NCBI GenBank assembly: GCA_044226685.1
Contig: JBGAGP010000007.1
Coordinates: 1,351 to 65,350, forward strand
Source of the DNA: Dongiaceae bacterium
GTDB taxonomy: Bacteria > Pseudomonadota > Alphaproteobacteria > Dongiales > Dongiaceae
Length of the DNA stretch: 64,000 bases
Direction: 5' to 3'
This document shows positions 10,127-20,626 of this stretch, piece after piece. A model generated the notes under the pieces. It was not told the origin of the DNA and did no database searches. It saw only the letters and a program-made list of their open reading frames with translations. A program made the translations under genes and the position numbers. Within the stretch, counting starts at the first letter, position 1. Each line of letters opens with the position of its first letter.

Positions 10127-10975
10127 TCAATGCATCGGATGCGGTGCGTTGGCGCCGCCCCAGATGTAGACGAAGATGAACAGGAACAGCCACACGACGT
10201 CGACGAAGTGCCAGTACCAGGCGGCCGCCTCGAAGCCGAAGTGGTGATCCGGGGTGAAGTGCCCCTTGATCGAGCGGATCAGGCAGACGATCAGGAACGT
10301 GGTGCCGACGATCACATGGAAGCCATGGAACCCGGTCGCCATGAAGAAGGTCGAGGCGAAGACGGTGTCCTTGAAGCCGTACGGCGCGTGGGCGTACTCA
10401 TAGGCCTGCACGCAGGTGAACAGCAGGCCGAGCAGCACGGTCAGCGACAGGCCGTGGATCAGGCCCTTGCGGTCGCCTTCGCGCAAGGCGTGGTGCGCCC
10501 AGGTGACGGTACAGCCGGAGGTCAGCAGGATCAGCGTGTTCAGCAGCGGCAGGCTGAACGGATCGAAGGTCTCGAAGCCCTTGGGCGGCCAGACGCCGCC
10601 GATCGCTTCCTTGGGGAACAGCGAGGCGTCGAAGAAGGCCCAGAAGAAGGCGGCGAAGAACATCACTTCCGAGGCGATGAACAGCGCCATGCCGTAGCGC
10701 AGGCCGATCTGCACCACGCCGGTATGATGGCCCTGATGCTCGGCCTCCTTCACCACGTCGAGCCACCACAGGAACATGGTGGCCAGCAGCAGCGCGACGC
10801 CCGGGGCGATCCAGCCCAGCGGCGGAATGCCGGCGATGAAGGCCTTGCCGTGCATGAACTGCACCAGGCCGAAGGTCAGCGCGACGGCGGCGATGGAACC
10901 CACCAGCGGCCACGGGCTGGGATCGACCAGATGGTACGGATGGTTCGGTTTGTGGGCCGTATCAGTGGCGCTCAT
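10127..10975 (-). CDS. ctaE: Cytochrome c oxidase subunit III
   Basis: [44 protein letters not shown]. Confidence 0.98.
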   Translation of the reverse strand: MSATDTAHKPNHPYHLVDPSPWPLVGSIAAVALTFGLVQFMHGKAFIAGIPPLGWIAPGVALLLATMFLWWLDVVKEAEHQGHHTGVVQIGLRYGMALFIASEVMFFAAFFWAFFDASLFPKEAIGGVWPPKGFETFDPFSLPLLNTLILLTSGCTVTWAHHALREGDRKGLIHGLSLTVLLGLLFTCVQAYEYAHAPYGFKDTVFASTFFMATGFHGFHVIVGTTFLIVCLIRSIKGHFTPDHHFGFEAAAWYWHFVDVVWLFLFIFVYIWGGANAPHPMH

Positions 10976-11080
10976 GGCTTCCATCTTCCTTCATCGATAA
11001 TCCGCCCGTTGCCCGGACGGATGTTCGTTACCCCAAAAGAACCCCGACGCAGCCGGTTGCCGCCGGCGGCGCCCTTCACC

Positions 11081-11734
11081 TCAGTTTACCGGAGCGGCCG
11101 GCGCCTCGCCAGCCGCCGACTTGATCGCGGCGGTCTCGCCCTGCCCCGATTCCTGCCCCGAGTCCTGCCCCAATTCCTGATCCGGCGCGCCCTCCTGGGT
11201 CGCGGCGCGGAAGAAGGTGTAGGACAGCGTGACGTTGTTGACGTTCTTCAACTCCGGGTCGTTCAAGATCGCCGGGTCGATGAAGAAACTGACCGGCATC
11301 TCCACTTTCTGGCCCGGCGCCAGGGTCTGCTGCTTGAAGCAGAAGCACTCGATCTTGGTGAAATAGGGACCGAACGTGTCCGGCGAGACGTTGAACACCG
11401 CCTGGCCGGTGACCGGCGTCTTTTCCAGGTTCTCGGCCGCGTAGAAGGCCAGCTTGCTCTCGCCCACCTTGAGTTCGAGCGCATTCTGCACCGGCTGGAA
11501 ATTCCAGCCGAGGCCGGAAGCGACATCCGCGGTGAAGGTCACCCGAACCACGCGGTCCGACACGGCGCCGGGCGCGATGTCGGCGCGCTGCGGCGTGCCA
11601 CCATAGCCGGTCGCCTGGCAGAACAGGCGGTAGAGCGGCACCGAGGCGTAGGCAAGCCCGGTCATGAAGGCGACCACGCCGACCAGGATCATCAGCGTGT
11701 TGAGGTTGCGGCGCTGCCTGGCAGGCTGCTGCAT
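11081..11734 (-). CDS. ctaG: Cytochrome c oxidase assembly protein CtaG/Cox11
   Basis: VPLYRLFCQATGYGG and KIECFCF copper motifs. Confidence 0.97.
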   Translation of the reverse strand: MQQPARQRRNLNTLMILVGVVAFMTGLAYASVPLYRLFCQATGYGGTPQRADIAPGAVSDRVVRVTFTADVASGLGWNFQPVQNALELKVGESKLAFYAAENLEKTPVTGQAVFNVSPDTFGPYFTKIECFCFKQQTLAPGQKVEMPVSFFIDPAILNDPELKNVNNVTLSYTFFRAATQEGAPDQELGQDSGQESGQGETAAIKSAAGEAPAAPVN

Positions 11735-11738
11735 CGCG

Positions 11739-11888
11739 TCAGCCCCCCTTCAGCTTGACCAGGGTAACGACGTAGACGATCGCCACGAAGGCCGCCAGAG
11801 CGGCGAAGATCGCCCAGTTGCGCGCCCGCTGGCGCTTCTGGCGCTCGCGCTCGACCGGCTCTGCTGGGACGCCGACATGCCTCACCAT
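11739..11888 (-). CDS. Small single-TM protein between ctaB and ctaG (CoxF-like)
   Basis: [31 protein letters not shown]; start overlaps the ctaB stop; conserved position in alphaproteobacteria. Confidence 0.75.
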   Translation of the reverse strand: MVRHVGVPAEPVERERQKRQRARNWAIFAALAAFVAIVYVVTLVKLKGG

Positions 11889-12868
11889 GACCATGGCACC
11901 ATGCCGGCGAGACCCGGCGCGCGGTCCAGGATCAGCGCGGCGAAATGGGCAAAGAGATAGACGAGCGAGAAGCCGAACATGGCCTTGGCCGCACGATGGC
12001 CGCGCTTGCCGGCACCCTGCCCGGGCAGCGCGGCTTCCGGCTCCCGCAGCACGGCGACGGCGTGGCCGATGAAGGCGACATTGAGCGCCACCGCCACGGC
12101 GACATAGAGCCACCCGGCGACACCCAGCAACGCCGGCAGGAGCGCGATCGGCAGCAGCAGCAAGGTATAGACCAGCATCTGCCGCTTGGTCGAACGCTGG
12201 CCGGCCACGACCGGCATCATCGGCACGCCGGCTTTCGCATAGTCGCCCTCGCGGAACAGGGCCAGAGCCCAGAAATGCGGCGGCGTCCACATGAAGATCA
12301 GCAAAAAGAGCGAGATCGAGGCGAGGCTGACATCGCCGGTCACCGCCGCCCAGCCGATCATCGGCGGGAAGGCGCCGGCCGCGCCGCCGATGACAATGTT
12401 CTGCGGCGTGCGGCGCTTCAGCCACATGGTGTAGATGACGACGTAGAAGAAGATGGTGAAGGCGAGCAGCGCCGAAGCCGCCCAGTTGACCGCGATGCCC
12501 ATCAGCAGCACCGCGAAAACCGACAGCACGAGGCCGAAGCTCAAGGCCGCCTCTGGCTCGATATAGCCGCGCGGAATCGGCCTGCCGCAGGTGCGGTTCA
12601 TGATCGCGTCGATATCGCGGTCGAACCACATGTTGATGGCACCCGCTGCGCCGGCGCCGACGGCGATGCAGAGCACCGCCACGGTCGCGATCAGCGGATG
12701 CAGCCCGCCCGGCGCCACCGCCAGGCCGGCGAACCCGGAGAACACCACCAGCGACATCACCCGCGGCTTCAGCAGCGAGACGAAGTCCTGCACGCGCGCG
12801 CCGGCCCGGACGAAGGCAACGTCCATCTGGTCCTGCGGCAGCGCTGTGGTCTTGGCGGTGCGGTTCAT
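11882..12868 (-). CDS. ctaB: Protoheme IX farnesyltransferase (heme o synthase)
   Basis: [44 protein letters not shown]. Confidence 0.97.
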   Translation of the reverse strand: MNRTAKTTALPQDQMDVAFVRAGARVQDFVSLLKPRVMSLVVFSGFAGLAVAPGGLHPLIATVAVLCIAVGAGAAGAINMWFDRDIDAIMNRTCGRPIPRGYIEPEAALSFGLVLSVFAVLLMGIAVNWAASALLAFTIFFYVVIYTMWLKRRTPQNIVIGGAAGAFPPMIGWAAVTGDVSLASISLFLLIFMWTPPHFWALALFREGDYAKAGVPMMPVVAGQRSTKRQMLVYTLLLLPIALLPALLGVAGWLYVAVAVALNVAFIGHAVAVLREPEAALPGQGAGKRGHRAAKAMFGFSLVYLFAHFAALILDRAPGLAGMVPWSW

Positions 12869-12887
12869 ATCACTGCTTGCATCGTTC

Positions 12888-12918
12888 GAACGGCGGCGGG
12901 TCGTTCCCGCCGCCGTTC
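12888..12918. terminator. 13-bp perfect hairpin between ctaD and ctaB (attenuator or mRNA stabiliser)
   Basis: GAACGGCGGCGGG-TCGTT-CCCGCCGCCGTTC. Confidence 0.6.
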
Positions 12919-12926
12919 AATTCGCC

Positions 12927-14558
12927 TCAGTGGGCCTCGCCCTTGAACTGGGGCAGGGTCTCGAAGGTGTGGAACGGCGGCGGCGAGCTCACCGTCCATT
13001 CCAGGGTCGTGGCGCCGACGCCCCACGGGTTGTCGGCGCATTTGCGGCCCGCGAACACCGTGTAGATCGCCACGCCGACGAAGAACAGCGTGCTGGCGTA
13101 GGAGAGATAGGAACCGTACGACGAGATCAGGTTCCAGAACGCAAAGGCGTCCGGATAGTCCGGATAGCGCCGCGGCATGCCCTGCAGGCCCAGGAAGTGC
13201 TGCGGGAAGAAGGTCAGGTTGACGCCGATGAAGGTGGTCCAGAAATGCAGCTTGCCCGCCCATTCCGGATACTGCCGGCCCGACATCTTGCCGATCCAGT
13301 AGTAGAAGCCGCAGAAGATGGCGAACACGGCACCGAGGCTGAGCACGTAGTGGAAATGCGCCACCACGTAATAGGTGTCATGGAAGGCCACGTCGATCGG
13401 CGCGTTCGACAGCACCACGCCGGTGACGCCGCCGATGGTGAACAGGAAGATCAGGCCGACCGCGAACAGCATCGGCGTGTCGAAGCGGATCGAGCCGCCC
13501 CACATCGTGGCGATCCAGGAGAAGATCTTCACGCCCGTCGGCACCGCGATGACCATCGTGGCGGCCATGAAGTAGGCGCGCGTGTCGACGTTCATGCCGA
13601 CCGTGTACATGTGGTGCGCCCACACGACGAAGCCCACCACGCCGATCGCCACCATGGCGTAGGCCATGCCGAGATAGCCGAAGACCGGCTTCTTCGAGAA
13701 GGTGGAGACCACCTGGCTGACGATGCCGAAGCCCGGCAGGATCAGGATGTACACTTCGGGGTGGCCGAAGAACCAGAACAGGTGCTGGAACAGCAGCGGA
13801 TCGCCGCCGCCTTCCGGCTTGAAGAAGTTGGAGCCGAAGTTGCGGTCGGTCAGCAGCATGGTGATGGCGCCGCCGAACACCGGCAGCGACAGCAGCAGCA
13901 GGAAGGCGGTCACCAGCACCGACCAGACGAACAGCGGCATCTTGTGCAGCGTCATGCCCGGGGCGCGCATGTTGAAGATGGTGGTGATGAAGTTGATGGC
14001 GCCGAGGATCGACGCGGCACCCGCCATGTGCATGGAGAAGATCGCCATGTCGACGGCGCGGCCGCCCTGGTAGGTGTCGCTGGAGAGCGGCGGATAGAGC
14101 GTCCAGCCGGTGCCGGCGCCGCCATCGACCAGCGACGAGCTCGCCAGCATGATGAAGGCCACCACGGTCAGCCAGTAGCTGATGTTGTTCATGCGCGGGA
14201 AGGCCATGTCCGGCGCGCCGATCATCAGCGGCACGAACCAGTTGCCGAAGCCGCCGATCAGCGCCGGCATGACGGTGAAGAAGATCATGATCAGCGCGTG
14301 GGCGGTGATCACCACGTTCCAATGCTGCCCGTCGGGCGATTCGTCGGTGCCGAAATACTGGATGCCCGGATGCATCAGCTCGGCGCGCATGTAGATCGAG
14401 AAGGCGCCGCCGATCAGGCCGGCGATGATCGCGAAGATCAGGTAGAGCGTGCCGATGTCCTTGTGGTTGGTGGAGTAGAACCAACGCACGAAGAAGCCCG
14501 GCTTGTGATCGCCGTGATCGTCATGGCCGTAGCTGTGGGAGGTGGTGACGGGGCTCAT
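12927..14558 (-). CDS. ctaD: Cytochrome c oxidase subunit I (aa3, A1 type)
   Basis: [33 protein letters not shown]. Confidence 0.99.
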   Translation of the reverse strand: MSPVTTSHSYGHDDHGDHKPGFFVRWFYSTNHKDIGTLYLIFAIIAGLIGGAFSIYMRAELMHPGIQYFGTDESPDGQHWNVVITAHALIMIFFTVMPALIGGFGNWFVPLMIGAPDMAFPRMNNISYWLTVVAFIMLASSSLVDGGAGTGWTLYPPLSSDTYQGGRAVDMAIFSMHMAGAASILGAINFITTIFNMRAPGMTLHKMPLFVWSVLVTAFLLLLSLPVFGGAITMLLTDRNFGSNFFKPEGGGDPLLFQHLFWFFGHPEVYILILPGFGIVSQVVSTFSKKPVFGYLGMAYAMVAIGVVGFVVWAHHMYTVGMNVDTRAYFMAATMVIAVPTGVKIFSWIATMWGGSIRFDTPMLFAVGLIFLFTIGGVTGVVLSNAPIDVAFHDTYYVVAHFHYVLSLGAVFAIFCGFYYWIGKMSGRQYPEWAGKLHFWTTFIGVNLTFFPQHFLGLQGMPRRYPDYPDAFAFWNLISSYGSYLSYASTLFFVGVAIYTVFAGRKCADNPWGVGATTLEWTVSSPPPFHTFETLPQFKGEAH

Positions 14559-14591
14559 GGCTGTATCCCTCGAATCCGTATCCGGTGCTAG

Positions 14592-15461
14592 TTACTGTGC
14601 GGCGGCGACGTCTTGCGTGCCGTCCTGCAGCGACGCGGTGCCTTCGACCTTGTCGAACTTCTGCTGCGCCTCGGCGACCCAGGCCTGGAACGCTTCCTTG
14701 CTCACCGCGTGGACCTTGATCGGCATGTAGGCATGCTCGACGCCGCAGAGCTCGGAGCACTGGCCGTAATAGATGCCCGGCTCGTTGATGTTGAACCAGC
14801 TCTCGTTGACCTTGCCGGGAACGCCGTCATGCTTCACGCCGAAGGATGGCACCGTCCAGGAATGGATCACGTCGGCGGCGGTCACCTGGATGCGGATATT
14901 GGTGCCGACCGGCAGGACCACCTCGTTGTCGGTATCGAGCAGGTAGGTCTGGCCGGGCTGGATATCGCCCTTGCGGATGACGCGCGCGTCGAAGGTGAAG
15001 TTGCCATTGTCCGGATATTCGTAGCTCCAGTACCACTGGTGCCCGATGGCGCGGATGGTGAGTTCCGGGTTCTGCGCCTGCACGTCCAGCTGCTTGTAGA
15101 GCAGCGGGAAGGAGAACACCGCGATGAAGACCAGGACCAGCGCCGGGACCACCGTCCACACCACCTCGAGCAGCGTGTTGTGCGCGGTCTTGGACGGCAC
15201 CGGGTTGCGCTTCTCGTTGAAGCGGAAGATGACGATCAGCAGCAGCGCCATGACGAAGAGCGTGATGACGGTGATGATCGGCATCAGGATGTCGTTGTGG
15301 ACGAAGTCCAGATCCTTCGCCAGATCCGTCGCCGGCGCCTGCAGGCCGATCCCCTTGTCGTGCGGCGCGCCCAGCACCGGATCCTGCGCCGCGGCCGGCA
15401 GGGCGGCCAGCGTCAGCAATCCCCCGACCGCCATCGACCAAAACTTCGACCTAGTCATCAT
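14592..15461 (-). CDS. ctaC: Cytochrome c oxidase subunit II
   Basis: GHQWYWSYEY, DVIHSW, CuA site CSELCGVEHAYM. Confidence 0.98.
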   Translation of the reverse strand: MMTRSKFWSMAVGGLLTLAALPAAAQDPVLGAPHDKGIGLQAPATDLAKDLDFVHNDILMPIITVITLFVMALLLIVIFRFNEKRNPVPSKTAHNTLLEVVWTVVPALVLVFIAVFSFPLLYKQLDVQAQNPELTIRAIGHQWYWSYEYPDNGNFTFDARVIRKGDIQPGQTYLLDTDNEVVLPVGTNIRIQVTAADVIHSWTVPSFGVKHDGVPGKVNESWFNINEPGIYYGQCSELCGVEHAYMPIKVHAVSKEAFQAWVAEAQQKFDKVEGTASLQDGTQDVAAAQ

Positions 15462-15861
15462 GTCGCTTCCTGTTCTTGCCGCTCGCCGGGCGGCAATCGG
15501 CCGCGCGGCGAAACAACCCCTATGCGGGCAGGCGTGCCAGACGGCATCGTAGCCCGGATTCAGCTTGGTTAAACTTCGTCGCCGCAGGGCGCTTTCGTCC
15601 GCGCGACATATGCGCCGGTTACCCCGTCCCCACGGTCGGGCGCAAGCTACACCCGCCCCTCCGAAAGCTCAAGCATTACGGGTACTTGCGCGATCATAAG
15701 CGACTCGGCGCCAGGCGCCGCTGCGGGGCGCTGCGACGATCCGCCGCATTCGGCCGTTGCACCCCGCGCCAGGCCGCGCCATATCCATCAACGGGTTCCG
15801 CTGACAGGTGGCGAAGCCGGCGTTATCGTGCGCGCCACCGCATATCCGAAAGGCATAGTCC

Positions 15862-17295
15862 ATGTCCGCCATCGCCATTACCGACGACCTGTTCTTCAAC
15901 CGCGCCGGACTGGACCGCAGCCGGGCCGAGGGGATCGTCGCGGACGCGCTGAAGGGCGGCGACGACGGCGAGCTGTTCCTGGAATTCAACCAGTCGGAGG
16001 CGCTGGCCTTCGACGACGGCAAGCTGAAAAGCGCCAGTTTCGACGTCACCCAGGGCTTCGGCCTGCGCGCGGTCGCCGGCGAGGCCCATGCCTATGCCCA
16101 TGCCAGCGACCTCTCCGAGGCGGCGCTGAAGCGAGCGGCGGCCACGGTGAAGGCGGTCCATTCCGGGCACGGCGGCACCCTGGCCGAGCCGCCGATGGGC
16201 ACCAACCGGCACCTCTACTCCGATGATAATCCACTGGCCAAACTGGATTTTTCGGCGAAGGTCGAAATCCTGCAGCAGATCGACGCCTATGCCCGGGCCA
16301 AGGATCCGCGCGTGCGCCAGGTGATGGCTTCGATTTCCGGCAACTGGCAGGCGGTGCAGATCATCCGCGGCGACGGCAGCCGGGCCGCAGATATTCGCCC
16401 CCTGGTGCGCCTCAACATCTCCATCATGGTCGAGGAGAACGGCCGCATGGAGACCGGCAGCCACGGCACCGGCGGGCGCTTCACCTACGACCAGGTCATC
16501 GATCCGGCGCATTGGCGGGCGGGCGTCGACGAGGCCCTGCGCCAGGCCCTGGTGAACCTGGGCTCGGTCCCCGCTCCCGCCGGCGAAATGCAGGTGGTGC
16601 TCGGGTCCGGCTGGCCCGGCATCCTGCTGCACGAGGCGATCGGCCACGGGCTGGAGGGCGATTTCAACCGCAAGCAGACCTCGGCCTTCTCCGGGCTGAT
16701 GGGCAAGCAGGTGGCGGCCAAGGGCGTCACCGTCATCGACGACGGCACCATCCACGACCGCCGCGGCTCGCTCACCATCGACGACGAGGGCACCCCCAGC
16801 CAGCGCACCGTGCTGATCGAGGACGGTGTCCTCACCGGCTATCTGCAGGACCGGCAGAACGCGCGCCTGATGGGCATGAAGCCGACGGGGAACGGCCGCC
16901 GGCAGAGCTTCGCCCATCATCCGATGCCGCGCATGACCAACACCATCATGCTGGGCGGCAGCCACGCGCCGGAAGAGATCCTGAGTTCGGTGAAGAAGGG
17001 CCTCTATGCCGTCAATTTCGGCGGCGGCCAGGTCGACATCACTTCGGGCAAGTTCGTGTTCTCCGCCTCGGAAGCCTATCTGATCGAGGATGGCAGGATC
17101 GGCCCCGCGGTGAAGGGCGCGACGCTGATCGGCAATGGTCCGGACGTGCTGACCAAGGTCAGCATGATCGGCAACGACATGAAGCTCGATCCGGGTGTGG
17201 GCACCTGCGGCAAGGACGGCCAGGGCGTGCCGGTTGGCGTCGGCCAGCCGACCCTGCGGATCGACGGGCTCACCGTCGGTGGCACGGCGGCTTAG
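15862..17295 (+). CDS. tldD: Metalloprotease TldD
   Basis: GILLHEAIGHGLEGDFNRK, PMPRMTNT, GTCGKDGQGVPVGVGQPT. Confidence 0.97.
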   Translation: MSAIAITDDLFFNRAGLDRSRAEGIVADALKGGDDGELFLEFNQSEALAFDDGKLKSASFDVTQGFGLRAVAGEAHAYAHASDLSEAALKRAAATVKAVHSGHGGTLAEPPMGTNRHLYSDDNPLAKLDFSAKVEILQQIDAYARAKDPRVRQVMASISGNWQAVQIIRGDGSRAADIRPLVRLNISIMVEENGRMETGSHGTGGRFTYDQVIDPAHWRAGVDEALRQALVNLGSVPAPAGEMQVVLGSGWPGILLHEAIGHGLEGDFNRKQTSAFSGLMGKQVAAKGVTVIDDGTIHDRRGSLTIDDEGTPSQRTVLIEDGVLTGYLQDRQNARLMGMKPTGNGRRQSFAHHPMPRMTNTIMLGGSHAPEEILSSVKKGLYAVNFGGGQVDITSGKFVFSASEAYLIEDGRIGPAVKGATLIGNGPDVLTKVSMIGNDMKLDPGVGTCGKDGQGVPVGVGQPTLRIDGLTVGGTAA

Positions 17296-17449
17296 TGAGA
17301 GCGCCCATTCCGCAACGCGCTTTCTTGACCCCATCCATGCCGTGGTGCAGGTTCGCCGCGCGCCGACGCGGCGCACGACCGAACGGTCCCGAAGCAATGG
17401 ATGCCATGACACGATCCGACCCGACGACAACACCGCGAGCGATGGCGAC

Positions 17450-18433
17450 ATGAATCTCGCCGGTGTTGCCCGCCCGGTGGATCAGGCCGACGGGCAGATC
17501 CGCGCCTTCCTCGACCTGCTGCGCTGCCCGGCGACCGGCGGCGCGGTCGGCCTTCGCGACCACGCCCTGATATCGGCGGACGGCGGACACACCTACCCGA
17601 TCGACGATTCCGGCATCGCCCAATTCGCCAGAGTCCCGGATTCGCCCGATGCCCAGACGCAGCAGGCGCATTACGACCGGGTCGCGGCGACCTACATCAC
17701 CAACCTCTCCTATCCGCACACCAAGGAATACACCGCCTATCTCGACCGGGCGCTGCTGACGCAGCTTCCCGCCGCCGGTCTAGGCGACGTCGCCGAGATC
17801 TGCTGCGGGCGCGGCGAAGCGGTGGAACTGGTGGCCGGACGATTCCACCGCGCGGTCGGCATCGACATCTCGCTCAACATGCTGCGCGCCGCGCGCAAGG
17901 ACCATCACGCGCCGAATCTCGCCTTCATCCAGGGCGACGCCACGCGGTTGCCGCTGGCGGACGGCGCGTTCGACAGCGTGTTCATGCTGGGCGGCATCCA
18001 TCACGTGAATGACCGCGCCGCCCTGTTCCGCGAGGTCGCGCGCATCCTGAAGCCCGGCGGGCGGTTCTACTTCCGCGAACCGGTCAGCGATTTCTGGCCA
18101 TGGCTGCTGCTGCGGGCGGTGATCTATCGCCTCTCGCCGGCACTCGACCATGCGACGGAACGGCCGCTGCGCTACCAGGAGACCGAGCCATACCTGACCG
18201 AGGCCGCGCTGCGGCTGACCTCGTGGCGGACCTACGGCTTTTTCGGCTTCTGCCTGCTGATGAACAGCGACGTGCTGGTTTTCAACCGGCTGTTCCGCTT
18301 CGTTCCCGGCATCCGCGGCATCACCCGGGCCTTCACGCGGTTCGACGACTGGATCACGTCGCGGCGCAACTGGACGCGGCGCGGCCTGCAGGTCGTCGGC
18401 GTGGCCGAGAAGCCGGCGCGCAGCGCCGCCTGA
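17450..18433 (+). CDS. Class I SAM-dependent methyltransferase with N-terminal Trm112-like segment
   Basis: LLRCPATGG N-terminus; EICCGRG motif I, GIDIS, GDATRLP, RILKPGG. Confidence 0.85.
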   Translation: MNLAGVARPVDQADGQIRAFLDLLRCPATGGAVGLRDHALISADGGHTYPIDDSGIAQFARVPDSPDAQTQQAHYDRVAATYITNLSYPHTKEYTAYLDRALLTQLPAAGLGDVAEICCGRGEAVELVAGRFHRAVGIDISLNMLRAARKDHHAPNLAFIQGDATRLPLADGAFDSVFMLGGIHHVNDRAALFREVARILKPGGRFYFREPVSDFWPWLLLRAVIYRLSPALDHATERPLRYQETEPYLTEAALRLTSWRTYGFFGFCLLMNSDVLVFNRLFRFVPGIRGITRAFTRFDDWITSRRNWTRRGLQVVGVAEKPARSAA

Positions 18434-18538
18434 CACCCCGCTCTGTGTTGCGATTCGCCGCGCGCGGCGCGGCTGGACGACGCCGTTTCCTGTGACTATA
18501 GGTTTTCTATCGCGCAAGACCGCACCGCAGGAGATGGC

Positions 18539-20590
18539 ATGGCCGGCCCGAATCCATCGATGACGCAGCCTGCGCCGCAGCCGCAGGGCGCGCGGACATC
18601 GCTGCAGCTGGCCCTTTTCGCGCTCTGCCTGTCGCTCGCGCAGGCGGCCTTCATGGCGGCGTTCCGCACCGGGCTGCCGACGCCCATCCTCTCCTACACG
18701 CTGGGCCCGGCGATCCTTGCCTGCACGACGCTCGGCCCGACCCTGTGGGCCCTGCGCGCGCCCGGCCGCGTGAAGTGGATCGGACCGCTCGCTGTCGCGG
18801 TCTTCCTGGCGTGTTTCGTCCTCGTCTCTTTCGGCATCCTGCTCCAGGCGCTGATCTTCGCCGCGTCCCTGTTCCTGCTCGCGCGGGCGATCCTGGCATT
18901 CGGGCGCCCCACCCTGTCGCCCGGCCGCTGCGCCGGCTGGATCGTCCTGTTCCTGGCGGTATTGGCCGTGACCACGATCCAGATCGCCGGCGTCAAATAC
19001 GTGAACTACGTCGCCGACCAGCTGGCCCTCGCCGGCCGCACCGACGGCGACATGCTCATGCATGCCGCGCTGGGCAACGCGATCCGCTACTACAACATCT
19101 CCAGCACCGGCATCGACGGCCTGAGCTTCAGCCGCTATCACTTCGGCATCGATACGCTGACCGCCCTGTTCTCGCGCGGCACCGGTTTCGACATCGTGCT
19201 GTCGATGGTGGCGATCAAGATTCCACTGCTGGTGCCGCTGCTGGGATTTGCCGCCGGATGGGGCGGGCTGGTCATCGGCCGGGCCCTGATGCCGCAGGGA
19301 CGGCCCAGCGCGCTCGCATTGGCCGCCGCGAGCGGCGCGGTGGCCTTCCTGCTGGAGAGCGCGCTGCCCGGCAACCTGTCGAGCTACAGCGATCCGCTCC
19401 TGCTGAGCGGCGTGCTGATGATCCTGGTTGCGCCCGCCATCATCCGCGTCCTGAACGACGCCTCGGCCGATCCGGCCAATGTGCGGCGGGCCTGGACGCT
19501 GGCGGTGCTTGCCATCTTCCTGCTCGGGATCACCAAGATCTCGAACGGCTTCGTCTGGGGCGGCCTGGTGGGGCTATGGGCCCTGCGGCGCTACGGCCTC
19601 GGCAAGCACTTCTGGATGATCGGAATCGCAACGGGGATCCTGTTCATCCCAGCCTATCTGCTGACGGTGGACCGCGACGCCGCCCGCACCATCCTGTTCG
19701 GCACGCCCTATTTCGTCGAGCGGGGATTCGGCAAGCCGCTGCTGGTCTATGCCCAGCCGCTCGCCGCCGTTTTCTGGCTGGCCTTTCTGGCGCGCGGGGC
19801 GGACCGCGGCACCAGGCGCTTCCTGATCGAATCGCTGGGCATGGCGATCTTCGTCGGCATGCTGCCGGGGCTGCTGATGTGGATCGACGGCGGCGACGCG
19901 CTGCAGTTCATGCTGATGGCGGGCTGGTTCACGCTGCCGATCCTGGCGTCGCTGCTCGCCGGCCTGCCGGAGCGCATCGCCGCCTGGCCGGCGCCGCGGC
20001 GGCGCCTCGCCTGGTCCGGCGTGGCGCTGGCCGTCATCGCCTGCGCCGGACTTGCCGTGCCGGATGTCCGGCTCAAGTTCAACACGTTCATGGCCTATAA
20101 CGCGCTGCTGCATACCGGCGACCGCAGCTATTACGACGACGACAGCAAGAAGGGCTGGCGCGAGGATGGCCGCCGGGCCTGGGCGACCTATGGGCTCGGC
20201 CTGTTCCGGCTGCCGCCGCCGCCGCAGGCCGGCAAGAGCCTTGTCGACGCCCTGCTGGCCTTCAAGGCCGAGGCCGGCAATGCGGGCGCGGCCTATCTCG
20301 CGACGCAATCGGACTACTGGGACCTGGTTTCCGACTGCGATGGCAAGGTGACCTACCCGATGTCGCTCGCCGGCGTGCCGGTGATCGACGGCTTTCTGCC
20401 GGTGCAATCCGCGTGCCCGCAGCAATTCTCGCTGCGCGGATATGGCGGCTGGGGCGCCGCGCCGGAGACCCGCAGCGATATCGGCGACGAGGAGCTTTGC
20501 GGCCGCGCGCGCGCGAAAGGCTTCTCGACTGTGCTCCGGATCGAAAGCCTGGCCGATCGCGGCACCGATCGCAGGATCAACTGCCCCTAG
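18539..20590 (+). CDS. Hypothetical polytopic membrane protein (683 aa), possibly a GT-C-like transferase
   Basis: GGAG RBS; many hydrophobic helices; loop with DGDMLMH and RYHFG; soluble C-terminal tail; family not recognised. Confidence 0.7.
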   Translation: MAGPNPSMTQPAPQPQGARTSLQLALFALCLSLAQAAFMAAFRTGLPTPILSYTLGPAILACTTLGPTLWALRAPGRVKWIGPLAVAVFLACFVLVSFGILLQALIFAASLFLLARAILAFGRPTLSPGRCAGWIVLFLAVLAVTTIQIAGVKYVNYVADQLALAGRTDGDMLMHAALGNAIRYYNISSTGIDGLSFSRYHFGIDTLTALFSRGTGFDIVLSMVAIKIPLLVPLLGFAAGWGGLVIGRALMPQGRPSALALAAASGAVAFLLESALPGNLSSYSDPLLLSGVLMILVAPAIIRVLNDASADPANVRRAWTLAVLAIFLLGITKISNGFVWGGLVGLWALRRYGLGKHFWMIGIATGILFIPAYLLTVDRDAARTILFGTPYFVERGFGKPLLVYAQPLAAVFWLAFLARGADRGTRRFLIESLGMAIFVGMLPGLLMWIDGGDALQFMLMAGWFTLPILASLLAGLPERIAAWPAPRRRLAWSGVALAVIACAGLAVPDVRLKFNTFMAYNALLHTGDRSYYDDDSKKGWREDGRRAWATYGLGLFRLPPPPQAGKSLVDALLAFKAEAGNAGAAYLATQSDYWDLVSDCDGKVTYPMSLAGVPVIDGFLPVQSACPQQFSLRGYGGWGAAPETRSDIGDEELCGRARAKGFSTVLRIESLADRGTDRRINCP

Positions 20591-20626
20591 TCCGGCGCGC
20601 CGGCGCCGATACGCGGCAGGCTCCGG

